DNA of 64,000 bases from the human T2T-CHM13v2.0 reference genome, Homo sapiens: NCBI RefSeq assembly GCF_009914755.1, contig NC_060930.1, one strand, 5' to 3'. Position numbers and translations under genes: made by a program. The notes under the pieces were generated by a model. The model searched no databases and was not told the origin of the DNA. It saw only the letters and a program-made list of their open reading frames with translations. Positions 15,082 through 26,760 of this stretch are shown here, in pieces; the stretch's first letter is position 1, and each line of letters starts with the position of its first letter.

Positions 15082-16500
15082 TTATAAATAAATACTACCT
15101 AAGAGGAAGCCTTCTGTGATCTGCTGAGCCAATAACTTTCATTTCTCCCATGGCTTTTAATTCACTCACCTTAGAGCAAATTAAGAATTGGATGACACAA
15201 TTAGACTGCATACATAAGGAAATAGCTGATTATTAAGGACCTCATAAGTCAAATAAAAAATTGGGATATTCCTGATCACTTATGGGAACATATTCCTGTG
15301 ATTTATAAAAAGGGAATAACAGATCAAATTTTCATCTCCAAAAGATCTCACTGACCCCTCAATTCTGAATTTCATCTGCATTCATAGATGCAACTTTGTA
15401 CCTGTAAGTTTTTAGCTTTGAATTACTCAAAGGATACCACAGATGTCATTGCCATTCTTTCCTGTCTTTCTCCCTTATCACTCCTCCAAGTTAGCACCTA
15501 GTGAAGTGTTCAGGAAGTATTGATTTACTAATTATAACCTCATTTCTTAAAACTCACAATATTCTCAATATAGCACCAAAAGACATGAAGAAGTAGAAAA
15601 TATGATTCTCTAAGTCCATTTAAATTTTTGCTGGATGTAGAAAATATTTATTGAGCCAAATTATCCTATAAAATAAATATGAATGAAGAACTATTACAAA
15701 AAATTTATAAGACTAGCATAAGAGATTCAATTAAATCTAGAATTAGCAATCTCTCAGGCCCCTTCCCTATATCCTAATATGTACCCTTAGATCCATTTAG
15801 AATTTATAAATATATATTTATGCACTTGTTTGAACTATATGCATATTAGAAAAAAAAATCTTTCAGAGAATATAAGCAAGTGCACAAAGGTTATGACTTT
15901 CACAGAAAATCCATCACCTCTCCATTTTTCCCTTAGGTATGGCACCAGAGTCTCAGAACATTAGGTTATGACTATTTACCCTTTTATAATGGAAAGTTAG
16001 CAGCATTAACTGAGCAGATAGACAGAGAAGGAAATAGAGCAGAATGATGGCTAAAGCCTTGGGGAATGAATATTCACAATGAGTAAATGGGAAGAAAGGA
16101 GTTATTCTGAGGAACAGAGAAGGATAGTTTTTTAGCAAACCTAAGAATAAAAGGGGTTATACAGTGTTTGTATGAATTATTGCTTCCTTTGGGGTCCCAT
16201 TTTGACATCATATTTTTAGCAGAATATATTTATCATGGTTTTACCCAGTCATCACTTGCTAGCTCACAAGTTAATATTTGGCACTTAATACGAAATGCTA
16301 AAAAAATTATATAATAATACAATACTTCCTAATGTTTGAAAAACACCCCTCAACATAAGAATAGTTTAGGACTTTTCTTATCTACATTCTTCACAAGCAG
16401 TCTTGCAACCCATCAAGGATTCCATTAACATAGAACTCATGTTCATAGATCTAGCAATAATACTTAGTATCACAGCATCTACCCCTCAGGGAAGAAAGTA

Positions 16501-16544
16501 CACACACACAAACACACACACACACACACGTACACACACACACA
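16501..16544. repeat. (CA)n microsatellite, interrupted
   Basis: Read directly from the sequence. Confidence 0.9.
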
Positions 16545-18619
16545 AGGAATAATGTCAAGTAAGTGTATTTCTAACCAGCATTAATCTAAAATGTTTTGGT
16601 CAAGAGTGTAATATCATTGTAAGTCAACCCCCTGGAAGCACTTTTTGAAACGCCAATGTTGATTTTGAGGAAATCATCTTAGAATAGCCAAAATAAATCT
16701 CAAATGGTAGCATCCAGCCGGTTAGCCACTGGCTGTTTAATCCTTCAGCATGGCATTCTGCTTCTAGAGGGTATCAGTCTCTGTGCCCATTAAGTCTCTG
16801 CCTCCATTGAGCCTGTCACCCTGGGTGTCATTTACAGCCATCATTTGGGGACATTCCAACCATTACTTACACTAATTTCAAATATCCTGGGACTTAGTCC
16901 AATGTTTAAAATGTATTTTTTTCTAAAAGAACCTCTTAATGTGTCATCAGAAGACTAATTCTCTCTAAAAGAATAATTATCCAGCCCAGGGGCACAGAGC
17001 AGAGTTTGATTCCAAATAATAAAGCAAATTAACTCCCCAAGCATAAAATCTGGGTTCCTTGAAGAAAAGCACAATTTTGAATCAGAATCCTGTTGCTAGC
17101 CCTTTCTATTTGACCCCAACCTGAATTCCAATGGAAAGACATAACAAGGAACTCAATGTAATATGGGTTTAACTTTTTTCTTCCAATCCAAAAGAATAGA
17201 AACATTTGATAACCTTCCGACATATACGTGGGCTGTGTGGGCTTATCAGAGTTTTCATCTTCTATAAAAGATCCTGGAACCATTTAAATAGCCAACAACA
17301 GAAATAGGGAATTCTAGATCTATGACTGTAAACTGGCAAGTCAAAAGCCGCTTGCATGTCAGATTTATTTTATGTGAACTGTGTTGTGTTTTGGGGAAAA
17401 AAAGGAAATCTGTTTGAAGGTCTTTAAATGGAGCACACATTCCAATTTCCCAAGTCCACTCTGCTTTTTATTAATTATACCTGCTCAATTACACAGGACG
17501 TGTTGAGTTTGCAATGAATTGCTTTTAAATGGAAGGAGGAGTATTTATCTGAACTCTCAAAGAGAAATAATATGTAATTGCCACCTGTCAACTAGGGTGA
17601 ATCACCTTAAATCCCTGGTAAAGAATAAAGGCCTTTTCCTACCTAGAAGACCTTCTGCTTCTGACTGCAGAACAGACACACAGTGTTTTAAAATAGCTTC
17701 CATTTTCTTTTGTTTTAAATACCATTTAATATTTGCTTTTACAGCCATCATCTCATTAAGGAAAATTTAAAAGTGCAGAAGAGTAGAAAGATAATCTCTA
17801 GCTTCCCTTAACAAATATAAGCACTTTGGATATTCTGAGGTGTTTTTTTTTTTTTTTTTTTTTGGTCTTTTGTTTTCTATGTATATATTGGTCTTGCTTT
17901 ATATGTGGTTGAAATCTTATTGTCTAATTTTTCACCTTGCCTTTTCAATTTACTATCTCAAATATTTTCTGTAATGGTCTTATTTTCATGAACAATACTA
18001 TAATAAACAATATTGTTTGTAGACATTGCTTTCTATTTACCAGGGATACCATAGTTTCCATCAGAAATAAACTTAGTCTGTTTCTAATTTTTTCAAAATA
18101 GTACACTAAATATCCTAACACAGTGCTGAATAATGCATTGCCCATATTTAAAATTATTTTCTTAGTATAAATTTTCAGAACAGAGTCAAAGATAGTGAGT
18201 AATTTTAGGGTTTTTAATAGCTATTAACACATTTCCATAAGCACTGAACCATTCTCAGTGGCACATTCAAAATGTCAGTGTATGCTTGCTAGTGATGTGT
18301 ATTATCGATTTCTAAACATCTTTATAATGTGATACATAAGCAGGATAAATGTTTGTTGAGCTATTTTTTTCTAAATTTGACCTTCCACTCTATCTTTTTC
18401 CAATGTTTTTTCCTTAAATTCAAAGGACTTAATAGTTGACTGAAAACTTCAAATCATCTATTCTAACCCTTTTAAGATTTGGAAATTGGAAGCCAGAAAT
18501 GTGAAGTGATTTGCCAGTTGAATTTGTTTTCTTTGTCTTTATTACTAATTTAAGGCATTAAGCTTCAGATAGTAAGACACAGAAGACAAGCAATTCTAGT
18601 TGGTAAGTTCCAGCTAACT

Positions 18620-20590
18620 GGTACTATCACTTCATACTTCACTGAGAAAATAAAAGCCATTTAAAACCACAACCACAAGTCTACCTGCATCTGAACCCAC
18701 TCTCTTCTTCTTAGGTCCTTTTATTAAAGGCAAATCCATGTTATCAAATATGATCCCCTCATGTCTTCATAAGGGCTTTGTCTCTGGAATTATCTTTTTC
18801 TCCTACACCAGCTATCTCTTCCAGTCTTCTCAAACATTTCCATCAACATGCAAATATGTGGTTGTATTTTAAAAACAAAACACAGCAAAGCAAAAATTTT
18901 TAGTCACATCTCTTTTTGAGCTAATGTCCTAATACTCTGTTTCTTTTAACAAATAAATGTCTGTGGAGAATAATCTCTAATGAAATCTATACTTCCTTAC
19001 CTCATTTCATTCATTCCAGTCTTTATTTTGTCTCTATCATTTCATCAATACTGCTCTTACCAAAGTCACCAAATAGCCACCAAGTTGCCAAATCCAGTGA
19101 ATATTTTTCTATCATTGTCTAAGCAGCTAGTCTCAAAATGTGGTCCAGGAGTCCCTGAGGTACCCATAACCTTTCTATGGGTTCATGAAATAAAGTCTAT
19201 TTTTAGTATTTGAGTATTAAAAGCTTATGGCTATGGTTTCAGATACCATATTGCAATTAATTGTTAAGGAATTGTCACTTACCAAGTTTGGGTACAGTAT
19301 AAAAGAATATCCACAATTATCTTAAAAGTCTATTAAAATACTACTCCCTTTTCTAACCTTATTTTCAAAGAGGCTTGCCAGATTTTCTTCTTATGTTTCA
19401 ACCAAAAACAATGGAGCACACCAGATTGAATGCAGAAAGACATGAGAATCTGGATGTCTTCTATTAAGTCAGAAATTAAGGAGATTTGCAAAAATATAAA
19501 ACAATGTCACTATTTTCAATATTTTGTGTTGATGAATAAAGTTAATTTTATAAAAGTATGTCTTTATGTTGATATAAAATTTTTGCTATTTTTAAATTAA
19601 TAAATACATATTTTAAATTTTTATCACTTTTAATTTCTCATATGATAAATGTTGATTAGATATAACCCATATAAACAAAAGCTTCTTAGTATTTCCATAA
19701 TTTCCAGGAGTATAAAAAATTCTTCAGTTCGAAATGGTTGGAAACTTACCTCTGGTCTAACTCACCCTTTTTTTTTTTTATAACACTACACTCTACTTAT
19801 TTTCTTTCTACTTCACTAATCCTCTCTTTTTTTTTTTTTTTTTTTTACACACTGGATCCTCCTTGTTTGTTCATTCTCTAAAAAGCAGAGTTACTTGGAG
19901 CTCTATGCAGGATCCTCTATTTTTCTATGTCTGCCTTCCTACACAATCATATTTACTACCAGGGCCTTAAATTCTACCTCGGTAAGGTTAACTCCCAAAT
20001 TTTTATCTCTGAGCTTCAGAATTTATAGACAATCATATATCACATTTCCACTTAAATGTCTTTAAACTATCATGTACAAAACTTAAAGCTTAATTCCACC
20101 TCTCCAAACCAATCTTCTTCTGAACTTCCCACATAATAACCTCAGGCCAAAGACCTGGAGATCGTCCTTGAATTTTTATTCCCCTTGCCTTCCGCATCCA
20201 ATAGAAAATGCTGTTGTTTCTTCTTCTGAAATATACACAGAGCTTTCCACTTCATCCTATTTTCAATGACACTGATTTAATCCAAGTCACCACCTTTTCT
20301 GACATAGTCCCAGCAATAGCCTCCTTTCTGTTCCCCAAATTTTGACTCTTGCCCCACCTAATTTATCCTCCAGAATAATCACCCCTCTATTATTCTCTAT
20401 CACAGCACTCTTTTAGTTCCCTTGGTGCACATAACATTTGGTGTTTTTGCTTATGGTTCATGCATTATCTGTCTCCTCCACAAGACTGTCAGTTCCCTAA
20501 TGGCAGAGATCAGGTCTGTTTGTTCACTGCTCTCTCTGAGAGACCTAATATGGTGTCTAGCATGCAACGCATTCTGACTATTTGATGATC
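18620..20590 (+). mobile_element. L2 LINE remnant (split by Charlie1 element)
   Basis: Pyrimidine-rich L2 motifs and an L2 3' end GGCAGAGATCAGGTCTGTTTGTTCACTGC...GTGTCTAGCATG. Confidence 0.6.
19124..19754. mobile_element. hAT-Charlie1-derived internally deleted DNA transposon
   Basis: CAG..TCTCAAAATGTGGTCCAGG start; Charlie1 transposase-end motifs (GAATATCCACAATTATC, AGATTGAATGCAGAAAG, GGAGATTTGCAAAAAT); GTCTAA on both flanks, consistent with a Charlie-type 8-bp target. Confidence 0.75.
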
Positions 20591-20624
20591 TTAGTCATCA
20601 GTCCATGATATCTTGGAAATTCCC

Positions 20625-21186
20625 TGTGGTGGTTTTGACTGTGTCAACTGAGATAAGCTGGAGCTATATTACCTAGAATCTCACTCCTTGTGTGGTAGCT
20701 TGGTAACAAGAGAAATGTGAGGAGGAGAGCAATAGCCATTATGTTCTGCAGTTTGTGGAGGGTGTGAGGTCCCACTGCAACACCTCCACATTGTTATGAT
20801 CTGATAGTTCACCCAGATGGCGTGGGGCAGCTCCTCCAGCTCCTGCCAGACCTCATCGACTTCTCCAAGTTCTATGTATCTGGTGAAGGATGGCAGCTTT
20901 TCTTAGTGGTCACCTGTATCACTAAGTTTCAAGTCTGTCTTTACCCTCCTCATGGGCATCCAGCATGTCCTTGCCCTCCTCATCTTCACACTCAGCTTTT
21001 CCATCTGACCATCAGCCCTGCAGGCCCACAGCCACTTTAGGCCACATCACATGCAGAGACAATAGCCTTCCTTTCATGAAATTCTTTACCTACTCACACA
21101 ATTGCTTAATGTCTACTCCCTATGATAAATTCTTTTCTATATCACTCAAAGAGGTTTTGCTCTTTTATCAAACCCTACCTAATACT
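20625..21186 (+). mobile_element. ERVL solo LTR, MER74-like
   Basis: TGTGGTGGTTTTGACTGTGTCAACTGAGATAAGCTGGAGCTA start; CACAATTGC..GATAAATTC..AACCCTACCTAATAC end. Confidence 0.6.
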
Positions 21187-22848
21187 TTTCCTAGTAAGAA
21201 ATCTCATGTACCCAGTTTATCCAACCTGCTACCACTAAGAAACTTAAGCAATTTGAAAATTATAAAGAGAAAACAAGTCTTAAAAATGTCTGTCAATTAC
21301 TCTGATAACAGTCAATTTGCTGAGACAGCTGGGAGTTTGCCTAATCTTAGAATAGAAACAATCAAAGGTAAGATCCCAAAATTCAAGTCCACAACTTCTT
21401 TATAACCAGAACCCAAAGGATTTTAAAACTCTGTCTGGCAAGCTGACAACCCAGGAATATTTGTTTACATGTTTGTTTTCACTGAAACTGTTAAATTTGC
21501 ATATGTGTGTAAGCATAGGAACAATGTAAGTCGTGGAAGAAACCAGGAAGCACATATTTGCATCATTTTACTAGCTTTCTCAAATATTCAGCTCAAAATT
21601 GCAAAAAGAACTATAAAATCTGATGTAGATTTTAAAGCCAACCAACCTAGACTCAAGCTCTGAAATGACCATTGCACATCCATATAAGATACTTTATGCT
21701 AGAATTTTCAATTTGACAGTAAACCAGCAGATAGAAGCAAGTCTGCAGGCCTTTCCTAGTCACCCTAAGAAAGAACTGTTTGCCAAGTTCACATTTTCTG
21801 CCAACTACTGACAACAGTACCAATTATTTTTCTTCCATATTCCATTGGTGTATGTGGCTAAGGCTGCGCCTCACTGACAGAGCTATAAATTTGCAGGTTG
21901 TAAAGATTTAATGGTAGGACCCTGTTAGTGACAGCTCTATTTGTGGTGCAGACACCTCATGGGGTTGATGGAGGTCTGGGCTGAGGGTCCAGTTCATTCC
22001 TTTTACATCTTATCCATCAGCTTCCCTAAACTGCTCCCTGCAAATTCTAGGAAGATTTAATGTAGCATTCCCAGAAATAAGATCAAGTTTAACATTTTCC
22101 TCATATTATGGCAGTTTTGGGTATCACTTTAATAATGATAATAAGACTTTGAAATTTATAACACTTTTCTACTAAGAAGCCTATATGTAGCTTCAGGTAT
22201 TCTTATTTTTACCTCCTTAATAAAGAGAGAATATCTGTGTTATAAATGAGCACTCTGAAATTAGAAAGACTAAATGCCTTGCTTTAAATCTCTTGGGAAA
22301 TAAGAGAGACTTATCCAAAATCCTTGCTTGTAATGCAGCCTTTTTGCACTTCCCTGTTGTTTCTTAAAATTAACTCACCCCAAACTTCTTTAATAATAAA
22401 ACATTGTTATTATCTTGAGCACTAGCATTTATGGAGTGCACTGTGAGAGCATTGACAGTTCATAACGAATTTCTACATCTGCTCACTCACAGCAGCCAAG
22501 TGAAGTTTGAGTAAGATAATGTTTACTCTGTGTGGTTTGGCTATACAGCCAACACATAAAGGGAAGAGAGGGCTGGCATAAATTTGTCCTGGAAGTTTTA
22601 ATGTATGTTGAAATATCTCCATAGTATATCCAAGAGCAGGAAAATGCTTATTTCTTAGAGTATTGGAGTTTTATCAGAAGTTACAGTTTTAATAACCACT
22701 CAGTATTTATGGAGTACATAGTCTTTATAGTACAGCATCTAGTACAGTCTGTACAAAAGAAGCATAAAACAGGCTCCTGACCACCACAGACTTACAGTTT
22801 AACACAGAATGAAAAGTGAACAGATAATATGCACATCTGAGATCAAAG

Positions 22849-24674
22849 TGTGTCCGGAATTGGTGGGTTCTTGGTCTTACTGACTTCAAGAATGAAGCCG
22901 TGGACCCTCGCGGTGAGTGTTACAGCTCTTAAGGTGGCGTGTCTGGAGTCTGTCCCTTCTGATGTTCAGATGTGTTCGGAGTTTCTTCCTTCTGGTGGGT
23001 TCATGGTCTCGCTGGCTCAGGAGTGAAGCTGCAGACCTTCGCAGTGAGTGTTACAGCTCTTAAGGCAGGGCGTCTGGAGTTGGTCGTTCCTCCCTTTGGG
23101 CTCGTGGTCTTGCTGGGCTCAGGAGTGAAGCTGCAGATCTTCGCGGTGAGTGTTACAGCTCATAAAAGCAGCGTGGACCCAAAGAGTGAGCAGTAGCAAG
23201 ATTTATTGCAAAGAGCAAAAGAACAAAGCTTCCACAGTGTGGAAGGGGACCCGAGCGGGTTGCCAATGCTGGCTCGGGCAGCCTGCTTTTATTCTCTTAT
23301 CTGGCCCCACCCACATCCTGCTGATGGGTAGAGCCCAGTGGCCTGTTTTGTCAGGGCGCTGATTGGTGCATTTACAATCCCGGAGCTAAATACAAAGGTT
23401 CTCCACGTCCCCATCAGATTAGTTAGATACAGAGTTTCCACACACAGGTTCTCCAAGGCCCCACCAGAGCAGCTAGATACAGAGTGTCGATTGGTGCACT
23501 CACAAACCTTGAGCTAAACACAGGGTGCTGATTGGTGTATTTACAATCCCTGAGCTAGACATAAAGACTCTCCACGTCCTCACCAGAGCAGCTAGATACA
23601 GAGTGTCGATTGGTGCATTCACAAACCTTGAGCTAAACACAGGGTGCTGATTGGTGTATTTACAAACCTTGAGCTAGATACAGAGTGCCAGTTGGTGTAT
23701 TTACAATCCCTGAGCTAGACATAAAGACTCTCCACGTCCTCACCAGAGCAGCTAGATACAGAGTGTCGATTGGTGCACTCACAAACCTTGAGCTAAACAC
23801 AGGGTGCTGATTGGTGTGTTTACAAACCTTGAGCTAGATACAGAGTGCCGATTGGTGTATTTACAATCCTTGAGCTAGACATAAAGGTTCTCCACGTCCT
23901 CACCAGAGCAGCTAGATAGAGTGTCGACTGGTGCACTCACAAACCTTGAGCTAAACACAGGGTGCTGATTGGTGTATTTACAATCCCTGAGCTAGATATA
24001 AAGACTCTCCACGTCCCCACCAGACTCAGGAGCCCAGCTGGCTTCACCTAGTGGATCCTGCACCCGGGTTGCAGGTGGAGCTCCCTGCCAGTCCTGCGCC
24101 GTGCGCTCGCATTCCTCAGCCCTTGGGTGGTCGATGGGACTGGGCACCGTGGAGCAGGGGGTGGCACTCGTCGGGGAGGCTCGAGCCGCACAGGAGCCCA
24201 TGGAGTGGGTGGGAGGCTCAGGCATGGCGGGCTGCAGGTCCCAAGCCCTGCTCCGCGGGAAGGCAGCTAAGGCCCGTCGAGAAATCGAGCACAGCGCCGG
24301 TGGGCCGGCACTGCTGGGGGACTCAGTACACCCTCCGCAGCCACTGGCCCGGGTGCTAAGTCCCCCATTCCCCGGGGCCAGCAGGGCTGGCTGGCTGCTC
24401 CGAGTGCGGGGCCCACCAAGCCCATGCCCACCCGGAACTCCAGCTGGCCCGCAAGTGCCGCACACAGCCCCGGTTCCCGCTCGTGCCTCTCCCTCCACAC
24501 CTCCCTGCAAGCTGAGGGAGTGGGCTCCGGCCTTGGCCAGCCCAGAAAGGGGCTCCCACAGTGCAGTGGAGGACTGAAGGGCTCCTCAAATGCCACCAAA
24601 GTGGGAGCCCAGGCAGGGGAGGTGCTGAGAGCAAGCGAGGGCTCTGAGGACTGCCAGCACGCTGTCACCTCTCA
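22849..24674 (-). mobile_element. LTR12C-like (ERV9) solo LTR, 1826 bp
   Basis: Minus strand reads TGAGAGGTGACAGC...CCAATTCCGGACACA; 4-bp TSD AAAG (22845-22848 / 24675-24678); CpG-rich U3 5' part; tandem CCAAT enhancer repeats; U5 repeats. Confidence 0.95.
23280..24010 (-). promoter_or_regulatory. LTR12 U3 enhancer/promoter: NF-Y (CCAAT) array plus ATAAAA TATA-like box
   Basis: Nine intact ATTGG motifs on + (23362-23968) within ~40-bp subunits; ATAAAA on the minus strand at 23287-23292; expected TSS about 23260, pointing left. Activity is not shown by the sequence. Confidence 0.7.
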
Positions 24675-24764
24675 AAAGGGCCAAAATGTGGTACAGCCTA
24701 GAAGTAAAATGAGGGTTTGGAGGGGACAAACATCTGTGTGGACAACAGAAGAGTTGTGGTTTAG

Positions 24765-25000
24765 TGAAGACAGCATGGAGTTCAGAATCACAGCGAGCCC
24801 ACTCCTAACACAGTCTGTGTGATCTTCAAGACTTTCAAGCTCATTTTAATCTCTCTGGGCCTCAGTTGACTGATTCATAGAATGATATCAATGTAAAATG
24901 ATATTGCTCCTGCAGTGAGATGACGAGAATTCCATCACCTAACAGCCATGTAAACTGCTTGTCCCAGAGCAGGTGTTCTGTCAATAGTGGCCATTATAAC
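24765..25000 (+). mobile_element. MIR SINE fragment
   Basis: GAGTTCAGAATCACAG..TGTGTGATCTT..TTAATCTCTCTGGGCCTCAGTT core. Confidence 0.6.
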
Positions 25001-25620
25001 ATTTGGGAGACTTCTTGGAAATGCTCTCACCAAAAACCACATCAAAACCTATGAATAAACCTCAGACTAGCAAAATCCTCAGCAATGTAGAAAAGCTGTG
25101 GTCATTCTGGGCATGCTAGAAGATTTTAGAGACAATTTCGGGTTAAGAAACAAGAAGAAACCAGTTAATTAATATAGCTGCTGTGCCACAGAATGTTGAC
25201 AGGGTTTTAAAAGAAGCAGCAACTTAAAGCAGAGGAGATGTTGACATCTGAGTGTCCACAAACACAGGAGCTGTGAGAGGGGAGGAACCCAAAGATTGGA
25301 AATTACTGTGTTCAGATGACAAAGAAGCTACTGAGTTGGGGTTCATTTGCATGCAAAAAAATCACTTTGGCCTACAGTCAAAGGATATACTTCAGGCTCA
25401 GACAGAAAGCACCTTCATTCCTAAGAGGACAGGAGAGCTATGAGAACATGTTCTCTTTTACTTAAGAAGTATCATAGAGGGTAAAATGACTCTCAGTTTA
25501 AACTGTGCTTTAATGACATAATTCCTATTTGCTCTTTAATTAAAGATGTTCTCACCTTACTGGAAAAATTTAAATGTCCATTGAGCATGTGTTCACGAAA
25601 TGGGTACAAAGGAGAAGAGG

Positions 25621-26760
25621 TGTGCTAGTCAGAGTACTGGCCCCTCAACAATGTCCAGGTTCAAATCCCCAGAACCTGGGAATATGTTAAGAAACTTTGC
25701 CAATATGGCTAAGGACAGGATCTTGTGAGTATCCTGGATTATTCAGCTAGGCTCAGTGTAACCATAAGAGTCCTGGTAAAAAGGAAAGAGGAGTGTCAGA
25801 GGAAAAAGATGTGATGATGCCATGCTGCTGGCTTTGAAAATGCAGAAAGGGCTACGACCAAGAATGCAGGCCACTTCTAGAAACGGCAAAGGTGAAAAAT
25901 GGATTCTCCCCAGGGCCACCAGAAAGAACCAGCCAGGCTGACACCTTGGCTTTAGCCTAGTGAGACAGATTTTGGTTTTCTGGTCTCCAGAAATGTAAGA
26001 TAATAAATATGGATCATGCCGCCCTGTCCGGGAGGGAGGTGGGGGGCAGCCCCCGCCCGGCCAGCCGCCCCGTCTGGGAGGTGGGGGGCGCCTCTGCCCA
26101 GCCGCCCCTTCTGGGAAGTGAGGAGCCCCTCTGTCCGGCCGCCACCCTGTCTGGGAGGTGTACCCAACAGCTCATTGAGAACGGGCCATGATGACGATGG
26201 CAGTTTTGTCGAATAGAAAAGGGGGAAATGTGGGGAAAAGATAGAGAAACCAGATTGTTGCTGTGTCTGTGTAGAAAGAAGTAGACATAGGAGACTCCAT
26301 TTTGTTCTGTACTAAGAAAAATTCTTCTGCCTTGGGATGCTGTTAATCTATAACCTTACCCCCAACCCCGTGCTCTCTGAAACATGTGCTGTGTCCACTC
26401 AGGGTTAAATGGATTAAGGGCGGTGCAAGATGTGCTTTGTTAAACAGATGTTTGAAGGCAGCATGCTCCTTAAGAGTCATCACCACTCCCTAATCTCAGG
26501 TACCCAGGGACACAAACACGGCGGAAGGCGGCAGGGCCCTCTGCCTAGGAAAACCAGAGACCCTTGTTCACTTGTTTATCTGCTGACCTTCCCTCCACTA
26601 TTGTCCTCTGACCCTGCCAAATCCCCCTCTCCGAGAAACACCCAAGAATGATCAATAAATACTAAAAAAAATTAAAAAATAAAAAAATCAAATAAATATG
26701 GATCATTTTTAGACACTAAGCTTGTGGTAATTTGTGACAGCAGCAATAATAATCTGATAA
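25621..26760 (+). mobile_element. MaLR solo LTR, MLT1D-like (interrupted by SVA)
   Basis: GCTGGCTTTGAAAATG..GGATTCTCCCC..GACACCTTG..CTCCAGAAATGTAAGATAATAAAT, resuming after the SVA with CACTAAGCTTGTGGTAATTTGTGACAGCAGCAATA. Confidence 0.85.
26018..26690 (+). mobile_element. 5'-truncated SVA (VNTR end + SINE-R + poly-A), older subfamily-like
   Basis: VNTR units CCGGGAGGGAGGTGGGGGGCAGCCCCCGCCCGGCC; SINE-R from TACCCAACAGCTCATTGAGAACGGG to CCCAAGAATGATCAATAAATAC; perfect 16-bp TSD AATAAATATGGATCAT (26002-26017 / 26691-26706). Confidence 0.97.

Noticed and set aside
14693-15119. Two 132-aa K/E/R/G-rich ORFs
   Set aside because: A pure-purine repeat cannot contain stop codons; no evidence of coding function.
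23360-24017. Regular ~40-bp repeats superficially resembling a CRISPR array
   Set aside because: No unique spacers and no cas genes; eukaryotic context; this is the known ERV9 U3 enhancer repeat.
23992-24822. Overlapping 92-172-aa ORFs on both strands (also 44564-45286)
   Set aside because: GC-rich LTR12 U3 sequence is stop-poor in all frames; no recognisable protein family.
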